NCBI RefSeq assembly: GCF_009914755.1
Contig: NC_060927.1
Origin: the human T2T-CHM13v2.0 reference genome, Homo sapiens
Reading direction: 5' to 3' (one strand)
DNA: 64,000 bases
Shown here in pieces: positions 13,578 to 28,098 of the stretch. Both the position numbers and the translations under genes were made by a program. A model generated the notes under the pieces. The model did not search any database. It worked only from the letters and a program-made list of their open reading frames with translations, and was not told the origin of the DNA. Numbering within the stretch: position 1 is the stretch's first letter; each line of letters begins with the position of its first letter.

Positions 13578-14010
13578 ATCCTAGGTGGGGGTTTCCCTTC
13601 TAGCAGACCCGGGGATGAAGATTGTAGTCCAAGTAGTTTATTTGGAAAGGAACCCCAGGAAATACTCATGAGGGATTGGGGGAAGTGAGGCAGGGAAGGG
13701 AAGGATGCCAGTCTGAGATGTGCCCTCCAGTAAGTAACCACTGTGGGCAACAGGGGCATGATCCTGCTGAAGTGTCCTGGGAGCCAGTGTGTAACACGCA
13801 CCTGTGCTGCAGCTGTCATCAGCCATTGGCTGAGGGCTGTAGGGTAGGATGGGATGGGGAAAAGACCCTGGGGCATGCGTTCTCTGGTATTGCAGCTCGC
13901 CTTGTTAGCAGAGGGAGGGGTTCTAGCTGTTCCAGAATGCCCTCAGCAGTGGATAAGTGCTGGCCAAGGCTAGAATACTAAGGCCTAAGGAACTATGAGG
14001 GGACAGATGG
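13578..14010 (-). mobile_element. LTR16-family ERVL LTR
   Basis: aagtagtttatttggaaagg...gggaagtgaggcagggaagggaagg; ends approximate. Confidence 0.7.
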
Positions 14011-14376
14011 CCTCTACTCTATCCTCCACCACCTCAAGGAGTGTCCCAAGTCCTATAAAGACCCACTAGTCCTCTGTTTCAGTACAACAGCTCCCTCTTT
14101 TGACTGTGCTAGGATGCACCACGGTCACTTAATAAAGGACAAGTGGACAGTAGCAATGCCACAGTGAGGACTCTAGTGTCTTGGTCCCTCAGGCAGACAC
14201 CCTGTAGCATTAGCCAGTGGCAGATTGGACTACAGTGTGTACGGATCACAGGAGGAAACGTCAGCATCAGGGCTCCTGGCAGGAGCCAAGGTGAGGCATT
14301 TGGAGTTGACAGGACTCTACAAAGTCTATGTCTACCCACCTTTAATGTGTATAGGAATCAATCCCCCAGCGCCTTA

Positions 14377-15464
<1,088 letters not shown>

Positions 15465-16159
15465 GCAGGGCCTGAGACCCTGTATTTCTAACAGACTTCC
15501 AGATGATGTCCTTGCTTCTGTCAGCTGAACCAGGAGAGGAGGCCGTGGTGCAGCCAGCAACCTATCTCTGTAAGCATCCCTGAGAAACTGCCTAAGGAGA
15601 TCTCAGAAGAAAGGGAATGGCAACTCTAAGTCTGCAGTAAGAGACATGATGTGATTTCTCTTCTCATTCTATGCAGGCTGTCATACCTAATTTCCTTTTG
15701 TTTTTCCTCAAAGGACCTTCCTCTCCTCACCAATTTATAGGCTGTGGGTCTCAAGAAACCTGGATCTTCCCTGTCTGAAAGCATTTGAGAGGGCTGGGAT
15801 TTAGCTCTGAGAGTCTGGGCCCCAAACATTTTGATATGTGTATCAAGAGTTCTGCAACTTTCAGCTTCCATTTCCTGCTCCCTGATCTCAGGCAGCTTTC
15901 ACAGTTAGATGCTAAGTGAAACAAGAGAGGAAAGAAGAAAACCGAAGAAGGGCAGCTCATAGGTTAGGTCACAGACAGTGTGAAGCCTAGTGTGCAGGCC
16001 AGTGAGTCAAGTGTGGAAGGATGTCAGTGTCTAGACAATTTCCATTCATTTGCACAGCAAACCTTTATCGCACATTTATATGTCAGGCATTGTTCTAGGT
16101 GGTAGGGTTAAGATATTGAACAAAAGAAACAAAATCCTTGCCTTCAAAGAGTTGACATC

Positions 16160-17451
16160 TGAGAAATACAAGTAAATTCTAAGCCCCTCAACTGACTGAA
16201 CGGACCCCCTCTTGGCCAAAGGGACCTCTGAGAAACCTTGAAAACTGAGTTCCCAGCATGATAGGAGGTTGGACATGCCTTATTTTACCCCTTCCCTTGC
16301 TAACCATCATTAGGCTTGCTTTCTTAAGAGTTAACCAGAGAGTGGTGGGGTGGAAGGGGAGGGAGAGCATTAGGACATATACCTAATGCATGTGGGGCTT
16401 AAAGCCTAGATGATGGCACATGTATATCTCTGTAACAAACCTGTACTTTCTGCACACGTATCCCAGAACTTAAAGTAGAATTAAACAAAAGTGATTTATA
16501 GACTACCGTGACAGTATTACAGTATTCTGAATTTGACTATGTATTTACTTTTACTAATAAGATTTATACTTTCATATGTTTTCATGTTGTTACTTCAGCA
16601 TCTTTTTATTTCCACTCAAAAAAACTCCTTTTAGCATTTCTTATAAGGCAGGTTTAGTGGTGATAAGCTCCCTCAGCCATTTTAAAAATAAATTTTATCA
16701 TTTATACTTGAGGTTTACAACATACATGTAGATAGTAAAATGGTTACTACAGTGAAGCAAATTAACATGTTTATCCTTTCACATAGTTACACTTTTTGTA
16801 ACAAGAACAGCTAAAATCTATTTAACAAAAATCACGAATTCAATACAATTTTATTAACTACAGTCCTCAAATTGTTCATTAGACCTCTCGACTTGTTTAC
16901 TCTGCATATCTGCTACTTTGTATTTTTGATTTACATCTCCCCCTTTCCACTGTTTTATTCTCTATATCTGTGCATTTGACCTTTTTTGTTTTTAGATTCC
17001 ACATTAAAGTGAGATGCAATTTAAAAAAAAAAAAAGAGTTAACCAGAAACCAGCACTTTCAAAAGACTTGCTCTACCTCCAATTTAAACCACTGACTAGC
17101 TTCTCTTCCTGATAAGAGACTACCGATCATGGACTGGTTCTGGCTGGGTTACAGGGACTGTATACAGGATGCCTCTGTGTCCTCTGTTTACACCTTTTGA
17201 CATATAGGGCTGAATTTTCATGCATTTAAATGTCAAGTCTCTATCTCAAAGTGAACATGGGATGTATATAACATGCATGTTTGCTTACTACACCGTCATG
17301 CGCATTCATAGCCCCTCCTATAGTCTGTTAAACATATCTACTTAACCAACCCTTTTGGCATAAAGTCCAAATTCAGTACCCTGCTTTTGGTTTCTGCTCA
17401 AGGCTATACTTCCCAGCCTGCAGGCTGCAACCCTTTATAAGGAATAAAGCT
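16160..17451 (+). mobile_element. MER65-like ERV1 LTR in an L2 fragment, interrupted by an L1 insertion
   Basis: tgagaaatacaagtaaattctaagcccctcaactgactgaacggaccccctcttggcc; resumes at 17048; aataaa near end. Confidence 0.65.
16340..17033 (+). mobile_element. L1PA8-like 3' end plus ~530-bp 3'-transduced segment and poly(A)
   Basis: gagagcattaggacatatacctaatgcatgtggggcttaaa...cccagaacttaaagt; 14-bp TSD aagagttaaccaga (16326-39, 17034-47). Confidence 0.8.
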
Positions 17452-17556
17452 GAGTAGGGGGTACAAGATGGGTGGGAGTGTGGAGTTGCAATTAAAATAA
17501 GATGGTCAGGGAAGACCTCATTAGGAAGGTGACATTTGAACCAAGCCTTGAACAGG

Positions 17557-18090
17557 GTGTTAATATGGAATTTTAACTTACTTAATTTTGTTTAATTACA
17601 TTTTAATTTAGTACAGAAAAATAATTTTGTTGTTTTTCTTTTTTTTCCTTTGCTGTGCTCCCCTGAAGGATGGAGGGCAAAGAATTTCTCTCTCCTCACA
17701 GTTTGAGGATTTAAGCTCATGCTGCCCTGGAGGAAAGACGAAGCAGTTTTTCAGTTGCTAATGAATTAGCCATCAAGGTTTACTGTCAAAAGATAAGAGA
17801 AGTATCTCAGAGGGAAAGAAAAATAGGGGAAGATTTTCTCTAGAAATAAAGGAGGTCTAAAATCAGGGGAAGAAGGGGAGAGGAAGAGGGAAAGTCTGGG
17901 GTGAGGTCTAAGGAACAGTGAAAATATTTCTTGTTGCTGGCTTCTTCCTTCAACTGTCAGGCACTGCAAACTTGGACAACCACATGGGTGACAACCATGT
18001 GAATTACAGCCTATAAACTTACGGACAACTGCAATCATGATTGTCAAGAATAACTGGAAAAGCCTTTGATACAGGCTCAAGAGATCACTG
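17557..18090 (+). mobile_element. Ancient LTR (LTR78-like)
   Basis: tgttaatatgg..., T-rich start, then gctgtgctcccctgaagga; weak recall of consensus. Confidence 0.35.
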
Positions 18091-18279
18091 GATAGCCTTT
18101 CAGTGGAATATTAGGTGCACCTTCTGCGTGGGTTATCTGATTCTATCAGGGTCTGTCCTTTTCATTTTCTTTAATGAGCTCTTTCAAAACTCTTTTGTAG
18201 GAAACTGATAATAATGCAAATAAGATTGGTCCAGTTGAGATGCCACTGAGTCCCCCTTGGAAGAAGACAATATTGTATC

Positions 18280-18440
18280 TGTAGGAAAGGAAAAAATAAT
18301 TTTCTCTCTACCCTTCATAGTTCTTAGCTGGGACAGACTTCTATAACAAAAGATGGATTAACAAGGGCAAAAGTTTATTAACATGAATGCTTCATATGTA
18401 CATGGGAGATACCCATAGAAATGAGTAAATCTCAGAGGTT
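18280..18440 (-). mobile_element. MER34/MER39-family LTR 3' fragment
   Basis: tgtaggaaaggaaaaaataattttctctctacccttcatagttcttagc. Confidence 0.65.
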
Positions 18441-18993
18441 GCTCTGTCTGCGCAGATTTATCAATACAGTTTCTATTGATATTGCCCAGGTCACAGCTTA
18501 CTAGAGTAAACTGTCCAGCATTGCACAGCTAGGAAGTGGTACAACTGAATGCCAAAGCCCATGCCCTTGGCCCTGGGCTATTCTGCTGCTAGTACACAGA
18601 AAAGTGGGGATTTCTGGGCCTTGGGACTTAGCAAGGCCCAGCACCCTTGGAAATCAAACACCAGCCACTAACAGGAAGAGAAAATGGGAGAAGTCATCTC
18701 TCCCACAATTTTCAGGACTTCCAAAGGGAGAGATCGGTCAGTCAATGAAGGACTGGGATGAAGGGGTGAAGGTGCATGCAGGTGGACCATGGTAAAAGGA
18801 GAGATTTTCTAAAAGGTAAAGGCATGACTCACACATAAAATGAATGCAGGTCAAAGATTTCGTTTAACTCAATTAATGAAAAAAAAAAAAAATCAGTTAG
18901 GTTTAATCAACCAGTCCAAAGGAGAATGAGGGGAAAAAAGGCAGACACCTATATAGGTAGTCAGAAATGCCCAAATGGATTTGCTAATAGGTG

Positions 18994-19554
18994 TGTAGGA
19001 GACCAGGATACGCCACCCCAAAAGATGCCATTTTGGCATAAGGATCATTTTGAGCTGAAGGTAATTGAGAAGAAGCAGGTACAAGAAACCTCTTTGCCCT
19101 CCTCCTACTTGCCGAAAAGCAGGATATAAATTTACAAAGGTAAGTTTTTCCTCCTCCCCTCTCTACCAGGAAGGACAAAAACAAGACAATGAAGACAACC
19201 TTAGACCCTTATCAGCTAGAAGGCAGCAGAAGCATCTACCTGACAAGCTGTATTATCAGCGTTTGTCTGCTATTTGCCTTCCCACAATTTGCCATCCCTA
19301 GAGACTTAGAGTCCTTTTCCTTTGTCTTATCACTCTCTAAAAATGTACTGCTTTTTTTTTTTGTGAAAAATGTTACATAATCCTAATTTCAAAGCTTCCT
19401 CTGAGATTTAGTCATTCTGTGGGTATCTCCCATATATACATGAAACATACATGTTAATAAACTTTTTCTCTTGTTAATCTGTCTTTTGTTATAGGAGTCT
19501 GTCCTAACTAAGAACTATGAAATGTAGAGAGACTATTTTTTTTACGCCCCTACA
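18994..19554 (+). mobile_element. MER34-family ERV1 solo LTR
   Basis: tgtaggagaccaggatacgccaccccaaaa...cccctaca; TSD ggtg/gatg. Confidence 0.8.
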
Positions 19555-19877
19555 GATGCGGTACTGTCTACTTCCAAAGGGTACTCAATGGCATCTCCAC
19601 TGGACCAAACTTATTGGCATTATTATCAGTTTCCTACAACAGAGTTTTGAAAGAGCTCATTAAAGACAATGAAAAGGACAGACCCCAGTCGTACCACTTC
19701 CTAGCTGTGCAGTGCTGGACAATTTAGTAAATTGTGATGTGGGCAATATGAATAGAAACTGTGCTGATAAATTTGCGATGATTCGATCAGTGAATGCCTG
19801 TAAAATGCTCAGCACCAGGTCTGGAATGTAGTGAGTTCCTGCTTGGTAGTGATTGCTGATATTCCATTTTACTGTCA

Positions 19878-20468
<591 letters not shown>

Positions 20469-20639
20469 TGATGCTGATGCTGCTCTTGAGTCTTATGAAA
20501 ACTGAAAGCTGGATCCTTTGCTCCTGTTTTATCTTAGATGTAACTTCTCAGCAACGCTTGCAGCACAGGGAGTGAATGCCACCAAAGTCCCACACCAGAA
20601 GGCGGCATTCCTTTTTGTGACTGATCCCAAACACATGTA

Positions 20640-20976
20640 CCAGGAAGAGAAGAGTGAAGAGATGAAGGGTCCATACAAAGATGAGTCTACGTAAACAGAC
20701 TTTACTAAAAGAATCCTTATTTTCCCTTAGTTCCCCCGTATATGTCCCAGTTACTGCCCCACAATTTATGATCCTCTTTTCTTTGTTAAAAGGGCACACA
20801 AGCTCTCAAGTCTAACTGCTTGCGTTTCACTTCTTTTCTGTGAACTCTCATGCACATAAATATGAATAAAAATTGTGTGCGTTTTCTCCTGTCAGTTTGT
20901 CTTTTGTGAGTTTAATTCACAGGCCCCCAGTTATCTCACCTAAGAGGGTAGAGGAAAAGTTTTTCCTCTCCAATAC
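20640..20976 (+). mobile_element. MER34/MER39-family LTR 3' part
   Basis: aataaa...ttttctcctgtcagtttgtc...gagggtagaggaaaagtttttcctc. Confidence 0.6.
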
Positions 20977-21649
20977 CAGTGTCCCTGCTTCATCTCAGAG
21001 AAAAGATTATGGGCCCTTACAATGGATCATTTAGAAGAGGTTTAAGCTCTGTACTTTTTTCAGGAAGGAGCATCTTCAAATCTTACAAACCTATTTCTTG
21101 CTAATTGCATAACACCCATATGTTATTATGAAAATGTTACCAGGTTATTGAAAAATCTAAATTCAGTAAAGATACAAACAACTGTCTTATTTTCTCTAAT
21201 TATTGACTTTAACTGTGCTATGTCTACTCTCCGTTAATCAGATTTCAGCCCTAGTTTTCCAGTCATTTTTACGTTTTAAAAGTCCAGTCCGGGCTAGTTT
21301 AAAGTTTGAAGATTCAATCTCATACCCCAATTTAACTTCATTTCCCAGCCCCCAGAGCACACCTGGTTTTGACCTAAGGCATCTTGAGGAGGAAGGGATG
21401 TGGTCTGTTTTTTAGCTCTTCTTCCTCTAGTGCTTTAGGGGTTGAGGAGCAGGCTGGGGAAAAAGGGACAAATGCCTCTTAAGGGGTGTTATTGTTTCTT
21501 TTTGAGACTTTCCTGGCTTCTCTGGCAATGGCTTCTACTGGGCTGGCAGCCAACACCTGCCTTCTCATGGGGCAGATAACTAAGTTATATAAAAGGCCCT
21601 GGGTGGGGGACCTTCCCTGACCTGAGACAAACATTCTGGCTAGACATAT

Positions 21650-22143
21650 GCGTAATGCCTCCTGGATATATAGAGATGGCTATGGAATCTTTGCTACTCC
21701 TATCATAGAGAGGAGGAGTCTCTTTCCCCTCCCATTGAAAGTAGGCTCACCTTAGTGACTTCCTTGGCTGATAGAATGCAACGGAAGGGACAGTCTCAAA
21801 CTTCTGATGCTAGATCATAAGAAACCTTGCAGCTGCCATCAGGGTTTCTTGGACCTCTGAGCCACCATGTAAGAAGTCTGACTGTCACACTGGGAAGGCA
21901 ATTGTAGGTGTGCCAATCAATAGTCCTAGCTGAACCCAGCCTTGCAGCCAAGGCACTAGACCAGCCCTTCCACCAGCTGCACACCACCAGAGGCCCTCAC
22001 CTGATTCCACGTGGAGCAGCAGAATTCTCAGTAGAGCCCTGCCTGAATTCTTGCCCCACAAAATTATGACATATAATAAAATGGCTGGTGTTTTAAGCTG
22101 CTAAGCTTTGGGGTGGCTTGTCACACAGCAATAAACTAGAACA
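21650..22143 (+). mobile_element. MLT1H/G-like LTR
   Basis: ...ttttaagctgctaagctttggggtggcttgtcacacagcaataaactagaaca. Confidence 0.7.
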
Positions 22144-22658
22144 CCCCCTCCAATTATATCTTTGGTTCTGGAGCTCTTCCTTGGATGCGTCAGTGGCAAG
22201 ATGGCCCTAATGGGGTCGCATTCTTGGTATCTATGTGACCTACTCTTGCACTTTGGTCTCCCCTCTCTCTTCCCATCTCTTTCCCTTTCTTGTCCCCCTG
22301 CCCAATGCCCTAGTGATCCTTTTGAAATTTCCTTTGTTTGGCTTCAGGAATAAAGCACCACCCCTTCCATCCTCCATGGGGAGGGAAGAGAGGTGCAACA
22401 ACTCTATTCCCTAGGCACCCACCACTTAAGGGACAACTTCAAATACCTCCCTCCTCTAGCCTTCTGCTTGTTTAGGCCAGTGGGAGTGGGGAGGGGGCTG
22501 GAGGATGGGCACTGCTGCACAGAGGCATGTCAGTTCGTTTGCTTCTTCATACACCATGGGATGTGTCGGTTTGGGGCTTGACACAAACTTTTGACACTCA
22601 CAAAGTCCTCAACTTTGACTCTCAGTTGCCAGTTTTGAGGTTAAAGAAATATAGCTTT

Positions 22659-22960
22659 GGCCAGGCGTGGTGGCTCACACCTGTAATCCCAGCACTTTGG
22701 GAGGCTGAGGTGGGCTGATCGCTTGAGGTCAGGAGTTCGAGACAAGTCTGGCCAACAGGGTGAAACCCCATCTCTACTAAAAATACAAAACTTAACTGGG
22801 CATGGCAGTACATGCCTGTAGTCCCAGCTACTCTGGAGGCTGAGGCATGCGAATCGCTTGAACTCGGGAGATAGAGGCTGCGGTGAGCCAAGATCGTGCA
22901 ACTGTACTCCAGACTGGGCAACAGAGCGAGAGCCTGTCTCAAAAAAAAAAAAAAAGAAAA
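22659..22960 (+). mobile_element. AluS
   Basis: Full Alu; 16-bp TSD aaagaaatatagcttt. Confidence 0.95.
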
Positions 22961-23559
22961 AAAGAAATATAGCTTTTTCTTTTCTACTTTAGGTCAGGCA
23001 CTGAGCAATGACAAACGAAAGGAGAAAGGCTGACAGGGATCGGGAGACCAGTTATTTCTGATAAAACTGGATGAAAAGATGTATTTAGATCTGGCCAAAG
23101 GACTCGCGAAATGTCCCACATTTGGGACATCCCAAAATGTGGTGTATTTACCTAGCCAATCTCAAGCAATATTGGAAAGTCATGGGCCTTTCTTCTTAGG
23201 GGCAGGGGTTTCCTGCCAAGATAGCTGCAGTGCTGAGAGTGGACTGGAACACATACTTTAAGTAGTCAGGCTGCTCCCTAAGGGGGACAGATGGGAAGGG
23301 GCTGGGCTACCTTGCCTCCTCTGTCCCAAAGTCATCACTCAATTAATTCTTTCTCTTCAGGCAAATAAATGAAGGGGCAGAAAGAAGCCAAGATTCTCCT
23401 GATCTAAAAACAAGTGAAGAACAAACAGGGGAATAAGTATGTTCCCCCCAACAGTCAAATCTCAGGAAACAAGTTTGTCCCACTGAATATCCGGTTGCAC
23501 ACGGCTCTATGTCATCATTCTGTTGTGCTGGATATTTTCTATTTCTCATTCTAGACTCA

Positions 23560-24010
23560 GCTTCTTCCTGGCCCACCTGTGGTGTGCCTAGAAACACTGC
23601 AGCTGTGAATGCTGCCCCCAGTGAATGTGGCTTCGTTGCCCTTTGGATTTGGGTTGGGTGTAGCTGAAAGCAGGGGCTGACAGGAGAGAAGGCAAGAGGA
23701 GAATGAGGCTGGACCCCCTCTTTACCAGTTCACTTGCTGTGTTCCTCTAGGGAAGCCACAGCCCCTGTCATGCAGCCACCTCCAAGCAGTTACCTTCTCT
23801 AGGTCCCTGAAACCACTGACTCCCCAACCCCCATTTGTCTTCATATCTTAGGACGTAGCAGCTCTGGCTTTTGCCTGACTTGGAATTTCTCCCCATCCCT
23901 CCCTTGGTTTCTTAAACCCTGCCCTCAGCTCTGTAGAGTACTTTTATTAAACAGTCCACAAGTGCCCTGATTGAGTGAGCCACCTGTTTCCTGTCAGAAC
24001 CCTGACTCTC
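23560..24010 (+). mobile_element. LTR33-like ERVL LTR
   Basis: ...cttttattaaacag...ccacctgtttcctgtcagaaccctgact; start approximate. Confidence 0.5.
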
Positions 24011-24264
24011 CTGTCCCTATTCCTAAGGGCAGGTGGTCCCTGATGGGAGAAAGCCTGTCAAACGCCAGCCTCTTCTCAAAGCCCTCAGTCCAGCCCACAA
24101 GCTTTGACTTGAGCATTATTTCATGCTCCCAAAATGGCACTAGGACAAACCCTTTGGTCAAAATGAGAATTAAGAATGCTTTCATAGGAAGATATACTTC
24201 TTTAACAGGTACAGAAATGGGTTGCCCCCAGATTTTGAAAAGTGATTGAGAGAAGGAGAGCCAT

Positions 24265-24867
24265 TTTGGTCAGGGGTCTCCAGAGAGATAGAACCAATAG
24301 GACATAGAGAGAGAGATGCATGCAAAGAATTTATTAGGGGAACTGGCTCGATTACGGAGCTGAGAGGCCCATGCTTGCAAGCTTGGAGACCCAGGGAAGC
24401 TGGTAACTTGGCTCAGCCCAAGTCTGAAGACCTCAGAACCAGGGAGGCAATGGTGTTGCTCTCAGTCTGAGGCCACCGATGTGAGTCCCAAGTTCAGAGT
24501 ACCTGGAATGCTGATGTTCAAGGGCAGGAGAAGAGCTACCAGGCTTGGCAGAAAGAGGGTGAGGATTCTCTTTTTCATCCTCCTTTTTGTTCCATCTGGA
24601 TCCACAGCTGATTGGATGGTGTCCACCCACTTTAAGGGCGGATATTCCCCACTAAGTCTACCAACTCACAAGCCAATCTCTGGAAACACCCTCACAGACA
24701 CATCTGGGGCTGCCCAATCATTCCAGTCAAAAGCAAAGCCACCTGGGTTTCCTTTTCAGCAGAAAAGAGATAGGCTTACTACCTACTGAAGCATGGAGAA
24801 TAAATAATGCCAGCAATCTGGGTATCCCTTAATCCAGTCAAGTTGACATTCCAAATCAACCATCACA
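24265..24867 (-). mobile_element. MLT2B-like ERVL LTR
   Basis: gtcaggggtctccagagagatagaaccaatagga...aatccagtcaagttgaca...aaccatcaca. Confidence 0.8.
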
Positions 24868-24879
24868 ATAGGGTAGTGG

Positions 24880-25398
<519 letters not shown>

Positions 25399-26113
25399 CT
25401 AATTATGTGGACACCAGATGCCCAGCCAAGCAGGTGAAGGGAGGTTAAAGTACAGCCCCAGCCCTAATCACCAAGCCAAGGGGTACCATGCACCCTGTAT
25501 CTGGCATCTGTAAACTATAAATAAATTGTGGATGCATTGGATCAAAATGACCTTCTGAAAGGTGGCCTCTGTAAGTTGATACCAGAAGAGTCAGTTAAGG
25601 ATTATTCCTTCTATCACCCATGTTTCTCACAGTTCTCTCCTGAGCCCAGCCCTAGTGCGAGAGAAGACAGAAGAATGGCAGTGACAGATGGAGGTGCAAC
25701 TGCTCTTCAGTGTCTTTTGCATGTGTGCGTTTGAATGGGAAAAGCCATTTGATCATTAGAGTTCCAATTTAGTGGTTTGCGAGAATTGGGCACCCTCAGA
25801 AGCCGTGCTGCAAGCATGGGATAGATTCTGCGACCAAGACTGATGGGTGAGCAACTTTAATTACCCAAGAACTGTGTTAATGGCCCTTGGGGTATCTTAT
25901 TGCTATTCTGACACTTGGGAACACGGCATTTTCCCATTAAAATGCCAATTATCCTTGAGCACTTCTGCAAATCCATCAGCTGGAGGCTGCTGGATTGTCG
26001 AGTGATGCAGTCTGATGGTTTGAAGGAAACCATCAGATCAAGGGCATTTTATCTGGCAGTTCATGACTGCTCAGGGTGCTGCACCACCCCTGCCTACTGC
26101 CCCCAGCCTCCAA

Positions 26114-26115
<2 letters not shown>

Positions 26116-26152
<37 letters not shown>
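26116..26152. repeat. (CA)n microsatellite
   Basis: ~18 AC units. Confidence 0.95.
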
Positions 26153-26154
<2 letters not shown>

Positions 26155-26729
26155 CACTAAGCAGAAAGATCAGAATCTCTGGTCCTAGGTAGCTGCTAGA
26201 GAAGAGGAAGTGTTAAGAGTTGGGAATAAGGAAGAAAATTGGGATTTGGAAAAGAGCCTCCGAAATGGAATTTTTCTTCATCTGGATAATTGAAAGCACA
26301 AGTCCAACAGAAAACATATCTCACCGGGGAAATTAGTTGATTTACCTCATCTAACTACCAGGAGAGAGGGTCTGCTTGCAGAATTCACACTGCCCTGCAG
26401 AGCTTCTCTGTTGCAGATTAATTACACCTGAAGGGTTTGCTAATGCTGGATTTGGAGCCTCAATTAGATGTGCTCTTCCAGGACAATGATACCTTGCCCA
26501 GGCAGCCTTGGGTTTGGCTTATCCCAGGCTCTTGCTTCTGGAAGAAGTGGTTATACCTCAGTATAACAGTCCTCTTGGGAAAGCGGCTGTAGACCTGCTG
26601 GTCCTTAATTTCTTGGGGCTATGTTTAAATCCAATTATAAATCTGAATGATTATATAATAGAAGATCAAGTTTGGTTTGCTTTTTTCTTACTGGATTCTA
26701 TTTCAGAACAGCAGTATAGTAGTGAGACT

Positions 26730-26960
26730 AACAGCATAGATTTGTGGAACCAGATGCTGAGTTTCAAACTTCAGCTCTGCCACTGAGCAACCATCTGAAC
26801 TTGGGTAATTTACATAACCCTCTTTGGGCTTCAGTCTTCTCATCTGTAAAATAGGGATGATAATGGAACCAACCTCCTACAATTGTCAGGATTAAATCTG
26901 TTAATAGTTGGAACAGTATTGACCCGTTGTAAATATTCTCATTGGGCAAATATTATTATT
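26730..26960 (+). mobile_element. MIR
   Basis: ctcatctgtaaaatagggatgataat...ggattaaat. Confidence 0.75.
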
Positions 26961-27415
26961 TAGCTGTCTAAACAGTATCAAAAAATGTGATTATTAAAAA
27001 AATTTTTAAAAAATATTTTTCTACTTAAGAGGTGATGCCATTTTTATAATTGAAGAATAGTTGGCTGTAGCACGCCATGGAAGGGGATGAGTTGATCCAC
27101 TGGTCTGCAAAGGACTGGTTGTTACGTTCCTGTAGCAGGTGTCCTGTAGCATTGCTCCCAAATGCCTGGTACCAGGCCAGCTTGCCCAGCTGCAGCAGTG
27201 CTGGTTTAACAGCCCACACCTGCACCCTCTCTGAAGGCTGGGCATGGCTGGCAGGAGACACAGCTCCTGAGATGCCTGGGAGGTTACACACTCCCTGCAA
27301 ATTCTTTGACATTCTTCTCACCAAAAGGCAGATTCCCTCTCCTTGAAGGTGGGCCAGTATTAAAGACTTCAGGATTCTAAGGAAGAGGATGAGGTGGAAG
27401 TGGCTGCATGCCTTC

Positions 27416-28098
27416 TGTTGTAGGTTGAATGTGTCTTCTAAAAAGATATGTTCAAGTCTCAACCCCTGATATCTATGGATGTGATCTTACTTGGAAACGT
27501 CTTTGCAGATGTAACCAAGTTTTAACGAGGTCATACTGGATTAAGGTGGGCTTTAATCCAGCGACTTATGTTTTTATATGGAGAAGGAGGGGGAAATTTG
27601 TCTTTATATGGAGAAAGACAGGGAGACAGGGTTTCATCATGTCGTCCAGGCTGGTCTTGAACTCCTGGGCTCAAGTGATCCACCTGTCTTTGTCTCCCAA
27701 AGTTACAGGTCTGAGCTTTCATGTCTGGCCTGTTGCTAATGTTTAATGGACATTTATGACACATCTAAGCATTAACTCACTCCATCTTCACAACTATTGT
27801 TAAAACAGTTATTGTTTTACACATAGAGGCATGCACACACACGGGAATGTCACATGAAGATGGAGGCAGAGATTGCAGGGATGCTTCTACAAGACAGAGT
27901 GCCAAGGATTGCTGGCAACACCAGAAGCTGGAAGAAGCAAGGAAGGATTCTCCACTGGAGCTTTGAGAGGGAGTGCAGCTCTGCCAACACCTGGATTTCA
28001 GACTTCTGGCCTCCAGCACTGTGAGAGACCAAATTTCTGTTGTTTTAAACCACCCAACTTGTGGTCCTTTGTTACAGCAGTCCTAGGAGACTAATGTA
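27416..28098 (+). mobile_element. MLT1C-like LTR carrying a templated insert
   Basis: tgttgtaggttgaatgtgtc...ggagactaatgta; perfect TSD ccttc (27411-15, 28099-103). Confidence 0.8.
27623..27814 (-). repeat. Inverted local copy of 24986-25185 (MIR + AluJ 5' part)
   Basis: Manual alignment: ~30 mismatches in 192 bp plus one 8-bp gap; crosses the MIR/Alu junction. Confidence 0.9.

Noticed and set aside
13283-13876. 197-aa minus-strand ORF
   Set aside because: Spans LTR16-like, unique and MER20 sequence; no domain-like content; chance ORF.
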